Of a DNA stretch of 64,000 nt, positions 38,672-47,019 are shown piece after piece. This stretch comes from an uncultured Coriobacteriales bacterium (GTDB lineage: Bacteria; Actinomycetota; Coriobacteriia; Coriobacteriales; UMGS124): the NCBI GenBank assembly GCA_934654475.1, contig CAKUFZ010000006.1, positions 36,189-100,188 on the forward strand, given 5' to 3'. The position numbers were made by a program, and so were the translations under genes. The notes under the pieces are model-generated. The model was not told the origin of the DNA. It saw only the letters and a list, made by a program, of their open reading frames with translations, and did no database searches. Each line of letters opens with the position of its first letter. Position 1 is the stretch's first letter.

Positions 38672-38683
38672 CTTGCAGCTCCT

Positions 38684-39505
38684 TTAGGCTTGTGCGGTCG
38701 CGTTCTTCTTGAGGTAGTTCTCGCCCAGGTCGGTAAGGCACCAGCCGCGGTTCTTCCACTCCACGGCGCCCACCTCCTGCAGGCAGTCGATGAAGTGGCT
38801 CGGAGCCTTGTGCGGGTTCTCGAGGCGCTCGTCGCCGGCATAGCGGTCGTTGATGGCGCCCATCGTGCGACCCTGCTCGTGCAGGAAGTCCAGCAGGTCC
38901 CTATAGATGTCGGCGTAGCGGGCGTCGCGCACGCCGATGAGCTCGTCGAGCTCGGAGCCCTCGCGGCACTCGGCAAGCACGGTGAGGCCGGCGTCGGTGG
39001 CCAACCAGGTCGCCTGCTGGGGCTCCTTGATCTCGAGGTACTCCACGCCGTCCTCGTCGACGGCCTCGTCGGCGTTTTCGGGCAGCTTGGCGACCAGCGC
39101 GCCGGACTTCTCGAGCATGGTGCACAGCGACAGCGCCGAGTACACGCTGAAGCAATCTTTCTGGAACTCGTCGACCATCTCGGTCACTTCGTCGGAGGTG
39201 CGTTCCTGGCAGCACAGCTCGATGATCTTGAGAAGCACGGGCTTACGAGCGAAGTTGCGGGCGAACAGCTCGCGGATGGCGTCCTCGGGACAAGCGAAGC
39301 GGCTCTGGTCGTAGACGCTCGGCTTCTTCTGCGACTCGGGCATCTCTTTGATAACGGGCAGCTCCTCGATCTCTTCGGCGGCGACCGCCTCGGGGTCGTC
39401 GGGATCGGGGGCAAAGGGATCGAACTCGTCGGTGTCAACGATCTCGAAGTCAAACCCCAAGTCGTCGAACTCCCCCACAGTGCTTTCGGACTCAAACTCA
39501 GACAT
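38684..39505 (-). CDS. Hypothetical protein with acidic N-terminal tail
   Basis: Start chosen at the ATG at 39505 (MSEFESESTVGEFDDLGFDFEIVDTDEFDPF...), preceded by GAGGGAGAGGA. The ORF is open up to 39787, so a longer form cannot be excluded. Confidence 0.5.
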   Translation of the reverse strand: MSEFESESTVGEFDDLGFDFEIVDTDEFDPFAPDPDDPEAVAAEEIEELPVIKEMPESQKKPSVYDQSRFACPEDAIRELFARNFARKPVLLKIIELCCQERTSDEVTEMVDEFQKDCFSVYSALSLCTMLEKSGALVAKLPENADEAVDEDGVEYLEIKEPQQATWLATDAGLTVLAECREGSELDELIGVRDARYADIYRDLLDFLHEQGRTMGAINDRYAGDERLENPHKAPSHFIDCLQEVGAVEWKNRGWCLTDLGENYLKKNATAQA

Positions 39506-39859
39506 GCGTCTATCCTCTCCCTCACTGGCGCACGGCTTGCGCTTCCGGGAGAAGATGCTAGGGTTCCCCGACACACGAGCTTCATAAACGGTGGATGATT
39601 TGACGTGATTCGTGCTGCTCATGAAGGCATCATCGGTCATGGATGAGCCGCCGAGCTGGGGTTTTGCTGAATGATGCGCAAGTGCGAAGGTTTGCGAGAT
39701 CATGCGGGAGCATCGGCTGGCAAGCAGGCGAAGACATGTACAGTGGCCAGCAAGCGCGGCAGGGTGCGCGAGTGCCACAGGGCACATGCGTGCGAACGAG
39801 CCGCCGCGCTGTGCTCACGCATGTGGAAGACCACTGCCGCAGTTCCAAGTGCAGTCGTG

Positions 39860-40425
39860 CCTCGCTCAACACGTAACCAAAGGGCGCGAGGCTCACCCCG
39901 ATAGCCTCCTCGGTGGCGCAGCAGCGCTCAAAAGTCCCAAAAGTATGCGCTTTGCTGGAAATGGTCCCGTCGCATGATTCCAAGCAAGTAAGGTGCGACG
40001 CATCTACCTGGAGTTTTGGAAACGCGGCACCGTGTATAAAGATCCCCAAAGGATTAAAGCTCATACTTTTGGCGTTTTTGGACACTGGCCGAGTCCAATG
40101 CCGGCCGAAATAGACCGCGCGACCACCTCGCCCCGTTCGATACACAGCCAAAGGGCGCGATACTTGCCCCGATAGTCCGCTCGGTGGCGCAGCAAAGTCC
40201 AAAAGTCCCAAAAGTCTGCGTTATACCGGAGGCGGGAACGCTACGAGGCGGTACGAGAAAAAAGCGCAATCCGTCTACCTGGTGTTTTGATACCACGCTA
40301 ATCAAGCATCAAACCCTGGCTGAGTTATAACGCAGACTTTTGGCGTTTTTGAACGCTGACGGGGATCGATTGCTGACCAAGGGGGCCGCGAGAGACCCAC
40401 GCCTCGCCCGTTGCACACAGAAAGG
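39860..40425. repeat. Tandem intergenic repeat, about 2.1 units of 266-276 bp, each with an internal inverted repeat
   Basis: Units start with CCTCGC...CCAAAGGGCGCGA...CCCGATAG...CTCGGTGGCGCAGCA at 39860, 40126 and 40402. Unit 2 has an 18-bp perfect IR (40208-40225 vs 40326-40343). Unit 1 has an 11-bp IR (39937-39947 vs 40062-40072). Confidence 0.85.
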
Positions 40426-40453
40426 ACCCCGCGAGATTGCTCTCGCGGGGTCC
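40412..40453 (-). terminator. Rho-independent terminator after the Mo-enzyme operon
   Basis: The minus strand reads GGACCCCGCGAG-AGCAAT-CTCGCGGGGTCC followed by TTTCTGTGTG. It lies 50 nt after the Fe-S subunit stop. Confidence 0.55.
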
Positions 40454-40503
40454 TTCGGGGGGGTGAGGGCCCTATGCGTTAGGGTGTACGCAAAGCTTTG
40501 GTG

Positions 40504-41241
40504 TTACTCGGCCTCGGGATGATAGCCCATGACTGCGGGCGTGCCCTCGGGCATGATGCACGAACCAGCGCCGATCCACTCGCGGTCGCGGCGGTCGCCG
40601 TAGGTGTTGCGCAGGATGTACAGGTTCTGGGGGCCGTTGCCCTCGTCGGGGAAGCTGAACATCTCGTCCTCGGTGAAGGGCTGGACGTACTCGGTGAGCT
40701 TGAAGCGAGCGTTCATGGTGGCGTCATAGGAGACGTCGTCGCCAGGCTGGCCGGGGCCCTCGAAGGACTCGAGGCCCTCGTCGAGGTCGCCGAAGAAGCG
40801 CGCACGGCCGCCGCAGGTGCGGACGCATGCGGGCAGCTCGCCCTGCTCAACGGTGTCGTGGCACATGGTGCACTTCTGCACGACGTTGAGGTCCTCGTTG
40901 AGGTAGCGCACGCCGTAGGGGCAGGCGCTGATGCACAGCTGGCAGCCGATGCACTGCTCGGCGTCGATCTGCACGGTGCCGTCGTCGAGCTTGACGGAGG
41001 CGCCGGTGGGGCAGACCTCGACGCACTCGGGGTTGGCGCAGTGCTGGCACTGAACAGGCAGGTAGTACATGTCGACGTCCGGGAAGTCACCGGTGCCGCC
41101 GGCCTTGGGCACAGGACCGACGCGCAGGGTGCGGACCCAGAAGTTGCCCACGGGGACGTCGTTGATAAGCTTGCAGGCAACGGTGCAGGAGAGGCAGCCG
41201 GTGCAGCGGTTCAGATCGGTGATGATCGCTTTCTGAGTCAT
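40504..41241 (-). CDS. Four-cluster [4Fe-4S] electron-transfer subunit (DmsB/PsrB-like)
   Basis: CTGCLSCTVACK, CQHCANPECVEVCP, CIGCQLCISACP and CTMCHD...ACVRTC motifs. Start at the ATG at 41241, adjacent to the catalytic subunit stop. Confidence 0.85.
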   Translation of the reverse strand: MTQKAIITDLNRCTGCLSCTVACKLINDVPVGNFWVRTLRVGPVPKAGGTGDFPDVDMYYLPVQCQHCANPECVEVCPTGASVKLDDGTVQIDAEQCIGCQLCISACPYGVRYLNEDLNVVQKCTMCHDTVEQGELPACVRTCGGRARFFGDLDEGLESFEGPGQPGDDVSYDATMNARFKLTEYVQPFTEDEMFSFPDEGNGPQNLYILRNTYGDRRDREWIGAGSCIMPEGTPAVMGYHPEAE

Positions 41242-41243
41242 TG

Positions 41244-44200
41244 TTAGGCCTCCGTAGCTTCCCACTCAGGCTCGCCCTCGACGCGCTTGCGCAGACCGGT
41301 GATCATCCACTGCTTCAGACGCGGGTCGGAAGCGTCGGTGATGACGGGGTTGCCGTCGGGGTCGCAAGGCACGGGGTTGCCGAACGGCGAGTTGTCGGCG
41401 GTTGCCGCGTACACGAGTGCCGGGATGGCACGGGCGTTGTGCGAACCGGAGACGGGGTCGCCGCCGCGCGGGTTAAGCGTGCAGTTGATGTTGACGAGCT
41501 CGAAGCCGTGGCTCGCCGTGTCAATCTCGGGGTACCACCAAGCATGGTTGGCGTTGACAACGCCCTGCTGGATGCCGTAGTAGGAGTCGATGACCTCGCG
41601 GACCTTGCCCCACGGAGTCTCGATCCACACCCACTGGCCGCACTCCAGGCCCAGACGCTCGATGTCGTTGGGGTTCATCTGGAGGCGCGGGTAGGGCCAA
41701 AGCTCACGGCACCAGGGAAGCTGACGATGCTCGGAGTGGAAGTAGACGGGCTGACGCGAACCGGTCGTCATGATGAACGTGTTGTCCGGGTATGCCTTGA
41801 GGCTCTCGACGTAGTCGGGGTTGAGGAACGTCGAGGTGTCGATCTGGTCGGCCATGGAGGCATCGTAGTACTCGGGGTGGTTGACCGGCGAGTCGATGGG
41901 CTCGTGGTACACGGGGAACCATTCGCCCTCGTCGATGTAGGCCTCGCAGACCAGGGACCAAATCTCGACCAGGCCGGACGCCGTCATGAAGCCAGGATGG
42001 TTGTCGACCAGCGGGAACAGGTTGAAGCCGCCCTGCTGACGACGCATGCACATCTCGTGACGACGGTAGAAGCCCCAACGCTCGGGGTGCCACTCGCGGC
42101 AGTCGAACCAGCCCTCGTTCTGGAACTTCTCGGCAGCCTGCTTGAAGGTGGGGCCATCCGGGAACTCGGCGGTCTTCCAAGCCTCGGTGTTGTCGGTCAG
42201 GATGCGGTCATGGTCAGGCCACAGGTAGCTGGGAGCACCGGCCAGGGCGTTGGTGTACTCGTCGCCCAGAGCCTCGGTCCACTTTGCCACGTTGCTCTCG
42301 GAGCCAGCGGGGACGGTCGTGATGTAGTCCTCGGTGGAAGGAGCGGCCTCGGTGTCGCGCGTGTTCCACGGCACACCCATGGCGCGGTACATGCCGCAGT
42401 TCCAGTCGGGGTCGTAGATGGCCTCACCGGGAGCCTTGATGGCAGCCTGGCCGCAACCGAAGATGCCGCCAGCGCCCTGGGAGACGCGCGTGGTGTCGCA
42501 CTCGAGCCAGTGCCAGCAGGGGAAGATGATGTCGGCGTTGCCGTTGTTGGGGCAGAACCACAGGTTGATGTCGACGAAGAAGTCGAGCTTGGTCATGCCT
42601 TCCCAAGCGCGGTTGATGTTCGACATGTTCATGATGTCGCCGGACTGGCACACGCCGCCGTGGAGGGCGTAAGGAATGTCGTCGCGGTCGTTGCAGCATG
42701 CGTCCCACACCGTGCCGGCGTCGACCCAACGAGCCCAGTAGCGGTTCAGCGGGTAGCGCTCGGCGTCGACCTCGCCGGCGTTGCGCTCGAAGACCGTCTT
42801 GGGGTTAGGCCAGGCCTGGGAGGCACGGAAGGCGCCGCCGATACGCTTGGCGATAACGGTCAGCTCGTCGTCAGTGGGCTCCTCGGTGCCGTAAAGCTCG
42901 GTCAGCGGGGAGTTGGCGTCCTGCTGATGCTTGATGTAGTCCTTCATCCAGCTCTTAACGCCGTCGAAATCGAGGTCGCGGCCGTCCCAGACCTTTGCCT
43001 CGTCACCGTAGGGCGAGCCAACCTGCATGTTGGAGCGGCCGGGGTTGCCGTCGAACTGCGACTTGGAGGAGCCGCGGTTGCCGGCAGGCTCGTCGGCGTT
43101 GCCCGTGATCTCAGACAGGATCTGGAGGATACGGGTGTTCTGGACGCCGGTGCCGTTCTGGTCAGGAGCGAGCTGGAAGTGGATACCGCCGTTGCCGAAG
43201 TCAGGATCGATACGGGTCGTCCAGGTCTTGACGGCGAGCTCGATGTCAGCGGCCTTGACGCCGGTAATCTCCTCGGTGGCCTCAAGGTTGTACTGGCTGG
43301 AGAGGTCGTGCAGGTTGTCCCAGACGGTGCGGCACTTGTAGGTCTTGCCGTCCTTGAGCTCGACCTCGATCTCACCGGGGAACAGAGCGGGCTGCTTGGG
43401 CAGGCCCTCGGGGTTGCACTCGTCGGAACCCTCGGGGAAGCGCTCGGGCTCGGTGGCCGGGTCGGCGAAGGAAGACTCGTCAGGCAGGAAGCAGGGGGCG
43501 ACCAGGCCGGTCGGAGACTCGATCCAACGGCCGGTGGTCGGGACGACGTGCTCCTCGCCCTCCCACTTGCCAAGCTCGGCATCCCAGTAGGTCAGGCGCT
43601 CGTTGGCCTCGTCCCACACCATGAAGCGCTGGTACTTGCCGTCTTCCTTGATGTCGGCCTCGGTGAGCAGGCGGGTCTTCATCTCGATGCCGCCGTTGCC
43701 CTCAACGAGCCAGCCCTCGGTCAGCCACGGCTTGTCCTCGACCACGAGGAACGGGGCGTTGGACCAGCGGCGCACCATGGTGTCGTCGTAGGCCTCGTTC
43801 TCGATGATCCAGTTGAGCCAGCACAGGCCCAGGGCGCCGTCGGTGCCGGGGCGCAGGGGCAGCCAGATGTCGGCCTCCTTGCCGGAGGGGCAGATGCGCG
43901 GGTCAACGAGGATGTGGTGGGCGGCATGGGCCATGACGTCGTTGACGCCACGGTTGTTGGTGTCGTAGTTGGAGATTGCGGTCTCAGTACCCCACTGGAC
44001 GTAGACCTTCGGCTCCTGCTCGACCTCCATCCAAGGAGAGCCCATCTCGTCGGTCATGATGCCGCCGAAGTGACGCGGGCCCTTGCAGACCTGGTAGGCA
44101 AGGTGAGCGTTGGGGGTGCCGAAGAGCTGCTTCATGCCCTGGTAAGGACCAAGCGACCAAACGCGGGAGGTGCCGCACATAACGAAGATGGACTGTCCGC

Positions 44201-44636
44201 CGTACTTGTCGACGCACTCGCCCAGACCCTTGCCGGCGAGCTCGAAAGCCTCGGCCAGAGAGATGCGGACCCAGCCGGGATCGTCCTCGCCCTTGGGGTT
44301 GGTACGCTTGACGGGGTAACGCACGCGGTCGGGGTGATAGGCAGCCTGCAGCGAAGCCTGAGACTTCGAGCAGCTGTGACCGCGGGAATGGTTGGACTGG
44401 TCGTCGCCCTCGATCTTGACAGCCTTGCCGTCCTTGACGGTGACCCACACGCCGCACTCGATCTTGCCGCAGGCACGGCAGCAAGAACGGACACGCTTGA
44501 CCTCGCCGGCGTTCTCGTCGACGCCCTCGGCCAGAGCCTGCAGCGGCTTGGTGGTCGAGGAAGCGAGAGCGCAAGCAGCCGCTGTGATTGCGGTTGCCTT
44601 GACGAAGTTACGGCGGCTCATGGTGAGCTTAGCCAT
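41244..44636 (-). CDS. Tat-exported molybdopterin (bis-MGD, DMSO reductase superfamily) oxidoreductase catalytic subunit, 1130 aa
   Basis: Twin-arginine signal MAKLTMSRRNFVKATAITAAACALA. N-terminal FS0 Cys motif CCRACGKIECG...GHSCSKS. Start at the ATG at 44636, preceded by GGAGGGAG. The ORF-track extension to 44897 was rejected. Confidence 0.85.
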   Translation of the reverse strand: MAKLTMSRRNFVKATAITAAACALASSTTKPLQALAEGVDENAGEVKRVRSCCRACGKIECGVWVTVKDGKAVKIEGDDQSNHSRGHSCSKSQASLQAAYHPDRVRYPVKRTNPKGEDDPGWVRISLAEAFELAGKGLGECVDKYGGQSIFVMCGTSRVWSLGPYQGMKQLFGTPNAHLAYQVCKGPRHFGGIMTDEMGSPWMEVEQEPKVYVQWGTETAISNYDTNNRGVNDVMAHAAHHILVDPRICPSGKEADIWLPLRPGTDGALGLCWLNWIIENEAYDDTMVRRWSNAPFLVVEDKPWLTEGWLVEGNGGIEMKTRLLTEADIKEDGKYQRFMVWDEANERLTYWDAELGKWEGEEHVVPTTGRWIESPTGLVAPCFLPDESSFADPATEPERFPEGSDECNPEGLPKQPALFPGEIEVELKDGKTYKCRTVWDNLHDLSSQYNLEATEEITGVKAADIELAVKTWTTRIDPDFGNGGIHFQLAPDQNGTGVQNTRILQILSEITGNADEPAGNRGSSKSQFDGNPGRSNMQVGSPYGDEAKVWDGRDLDFDGVKSWMKDYIKHQQDANSPLTELYGTEEPTDDELTVIAKRIGGAFRASQAWPNPKTVFERNAGEVDAERYPLNRYWARWVDAGTVWDACCNDRDDIPYALHGGVCQSGDIMNMSNINRAWEGMTKLDFFVDINLWFCPNNGNADIIFPCWHWLECDTTRVSQGAGGIFGCGQAAIKAPGEAIYDPDWNCGMYRAMGVPWNTRDTEAAPSTEDYITTVPAGSESNVAKWTEALGDEYTNALAGAPSYLWPDHDRILTDNTEAWKTAEFPDGPTFKQAAEKFQNEGWFDCREWHPERWGFYRRHEMCMRRQQGGFNLFPLVDNHPGFMTASGLVEIWSLVCEAYIDEGEWFPVYHEPIDSPVNHPEYYDASMADQIDTSTFLNPDYVESLKAYPDNTFIMTTGSRQPVYFHSEHRQLPWCRELWPYPRLQMNPNDIERLGLECGQWVWIETPWGKVREVIDSYYGIQQGVVNANHAWWYPEIDTASHGFELVNINCTLNPRGGDPVSGSHNARAIPALVYAATADNSPFGNPVPCDPDGNPVITDASDPRLKQWMITGLRKRVEGEPEWEATEA

Positions 44637-45096
44637 ACGTTCTCCCTCCATAGTGGTGGATGTTCGCACCCGTTTGGGTGCCGGTGTTGCCAAAGGACCC
44701 GCGCCGGCGTCGTGCCGGCCTCGTGCGCTCACTCCGGAAGAGAGCGTCGGCGGCATCGACTGCAAGGCGTCCCCCACATGCCGCACGCGCCTTTCGGCAA
44801 CGGTTGCATACTGGCCCGCGCACGTCGGTGTCGACTCAAGACGCATGGTCGATTCTGATGGGTCCGTTTCTTGGATGAGGGCCGCCGCAAGAATCATGAA
44901 TGCAAGATGATGAGGTGTTTACCTGGTGTTTTCTTTATACTTGGCAAGCATCGGCTAAAAGGTGGCCGAAACGAAACCTTCCGGCACGCGGCCAAAACAA
45001 GTCAAACCTATCCCCGAATGCCCCCCGCTAAATGCAGCAGTCATGCGTATAATGCCTGAACGTATGAAGACATAAGGGGCCAGGGGGAGACAACCG

Positions 45097-46680
45097 ATGT
45101 CGCAATGGACGCGTGAGATCACGCATGCTTTGGGATTCAACGAGCAGCATGCCGAACCGGGAACAGGCGCGGCGTTGGCCTTTGCGTTCGGGGCCGCCCT
45201 GCAGGCACCGTTCAGCATCTTCCATGCCACCACGGCCACCTTTGCCCCCGAGGCGGCGCATGCCGTATCCATCCCGTTCTTCTTGGCCATGGCGGTGTTT
45301 GCGGGCATCGTGTCATATCGCCGGGCCGAGGCCTACGCATACTTCTGCAAACCTTCCTGCGCTATCACCTGGTCGCTCGTGTGCGCAGCCGTGGTGGGCG
45401 CGATTCCCCTTCTTGAGGCGGCGCAGATGGCGAACGTCGTGCTCCTGGCAATTGTGGGCGCTGCGCTCGGCGTGGGCCTCACGGCCATCTTCTTGTTCCT
45501 GGCACACCTCTTTACGCGCACCTATATACCTGACATCGTAAAGCGCGCGTTTGCAGGTGCGGCTTTTGCCATTCTGCTCGAAGCAGTGATCATCGTACGC
45601 CTGCCGGATCCCTGGAGCTACGTCGCGTGCGCGGCGCTTCTGGCCATCAACGCGCCGATTCTGGTCATGCTGCTCAAGACCGCCCCGGCAATCGGCGATG
45701 TCGCACATTTCAGGGCGTACAGCGAGCGCCCCGGTGAGTTTCGTCTCTTTGCGGCCAAGGTCGCCATGCCGGTGGCATGCACAGGCATCGTGCTGCGCAT
45801 GTTCTACGCCCAATCGGAGCACTTCGCGCAGAGCCTGCCTGCCCCCGGCCTTCTCAACGACGTGACGTTGGCGCTGTTCATCGGCGTTGCCTACGTCATC
45901 ACCTGCTTCGCCATCTACGGCGTGCGCAGCTTTGGGTGGCCGTTTGCCCAGTTCTTCAGTTTCCTTATCCCGCTTGTGTGCCTCTATGGTTCCGTCAGCG
46001 TCTCAACCATTGTCGCAAGCTCAGCAACCTACGACGGCGGCACGGCCATGATGGTGTGTGTCACGCTGGCTCTCACCTGGTCGTTCATGGGCGGGGCAAG
46101 CCTTGAGTACCTGATTCGCAGCGCCTCGGTGTTTGGCATGGGCCTGTCGAGCCTGGCCGTGGGCATCCTTGTGGGCGGTGTCTTTGTACATGCGGGCCTT
46201 CTGGGCACGCCGCTGGGCAGCATCTTGCTCGCACTCGTATGCCTCGCCATGGCCATCGGCTACCTGCCGCCCCGACCCGCTCCCAACCTCACGCGCTCGA
46301 ACTACTCCACTCCCCTGCGCTCGGTGACGGTGCCCGACAACGAGCCGGAAGAGGCAGACGGCGAGATTGCAAGCGAGGAAGAGCTTGCCAGCGAGGCGGC
46401 CGCTGCCGCAAAGCCGCACGCTCCCGTGAGGGGCCGCTTCATGCGCCGCTGCGACACGGTGGCACAGACCTTCTTGCTCTCCGCTCGTGAGACCGAGGTG
46501 CTCTACCTGCTTGCCAAGGGCCGCTCGATGAACCACATCATGGAGGAGCTCGTCATCTCCGAAGGCACCGCGAAGACCCACATCAACCACGTGTACAAGA
46601 AGCTCAACGTCCACTCCCGCCACGAACTCCTCGACCTCATCGAGTCCATCGAGGTGGAAGACGTGGACTTCGAAGGGTAA
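45097..46680 (+). CDS. Membrane-spanning LuxR-family transcriptional regulator
   Basis: About 10-12 TM helices plus a C-terminal LuxR HTH (LSARETEVLYLLAKGRSMNHIMEELVISEGTAKTHINHVYKKL). Divergent from the Mo-enzyme operon. Confidence 0.8.
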   Translation: MSQWTREITHALGFNEQHAEPGTGAALAFAFGAALQAPFSIFHATTATFAPEAAHAVSIPFFLAMAVFAGIVSYRRAEAYAYFCKPSCAITWSLVCAAVVGAIPLLEAAQMANVVLLAIVGAALGVGLTAIFLFLAHLFTRTYIPDIVKRAFAGAAFAILLEAVIIVRLPDPWSYVACAALLAINAPILVMLLKTAPAIGDVAHFRAYSERPGEFRLFAAKVAMPVACTGIVLRMFYAQSEHFAQSLPAPGLLNDVTLALFIGVAYVITCFAIYGVRSFGWPFAQFFSFLIPLVCLYGSVSVSTIVASSATYDGGTAMMVCVTLALTWSFMGGASLEYLIRSASVFGMGLSSLAVGILVGGVFVHAGLLGTPLGSILLALVCLAMAIGYLPPRPAPNLTRSNYSTPLRSVTVPDNEPEEADGEIASEEELASEAAAAAKPHAPVRGRFMRRCDTVAQTFLLSARETEVLYLLAKGRSMNHIMEELVISEGTAKTHINHVYKKLNVHSRHELLDLIESIEVEDVDFEG

Positions 46681-46714
46681 GGCGACACCTTTCCGCTGCT
46701 AGCCATACACAAAA

Positions 46715-46761
46715 AGCCCGGCAACTCATGCGCAAAATCGCACTGAGTTGCCGGGCTTTTC
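46715..46761 (+). terminator. Rho-independent (bidirectional-looking) terminator after LuxR gene
   Basis: AGCCCGGCAACTCA...TGAGTTGCCGGGCT hairpin, flanked by AAAAA upstream and TTTT downstream. Confidence 0.6.
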
Positions 46762-46777
46762 GATTGCTGCCCTTATA

Positions 46778-47016
46778 CCGCAAGAACGCAGCGGACGAGG
46801 TTCCACCCTTCCAAAAGCGGGTTCTCACGCGCAAGGCGCCGGGAGGCGATGCGTACACATGGTACACCAGGGGTGCGCACCGCGCGTAAGGTCCCGCGGA
46901 ACGCAGCGCATCAGGTTCCGCCCACTAAAACGCGGGTTCTGATGCGCAAGGCGCACAGGTGCGATGCGTACTAGATGTACGTGAGCACCTGTGGAACGCG
47001 GCGCATCAGGTTCCGC
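46778..47016. repeat. Intergenic structured repeat, family 1 (locus D, about 2.5 units)
   Basis: Contains GCGGAACGCAGCGCATCAGGTTCCGC (46896-46921), which is identical to 19337-19362. Cores are CAAGGCGCCGGGAGGCGATGCGTAC... Confidence 0.8.
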
Positions 47017-47019
47017 AGC

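Noticed and set aside
39860-40425. CRISPR array.
   Set aside because: The repeat unit is about 270 bp with only ~2 copies. There is no short-repeat/spacer periodicity and there are no cas genes in the window.
44637-44897. N-terminal extension of the Mo-enzyme ORF (87 extra codons). Similar extensions occur in the ORF track for ftsW (to 7059), groES (to 28966), the P-II gene (to 22466), murF (to 10806), the nfeD-like gene (to 50342), sufS (to 60743) and the phospho-sugar mutase (from 28638).
   Set aside because: In each case an internal ATG with a strong GGAGG-type SD gives the canonical family N-terminus (for example the Tat leader MAKLTMSRRNFVK, or [12 protein letters not shown]). Some extensions overlap upstream genes.
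44637-44900. Possible Moco riboswitch in the ~285-nt leader of the Mo-enzyme operon.
   Set aside because: Only generic hairpins are visible (GCACCC-AAAC-GGGTGC, CCGG-N7-CCGG). I could not recognise the conserved Moco-motif blocks. Without a covariance-model scan (Rfam RF01055) the call is unsupported.
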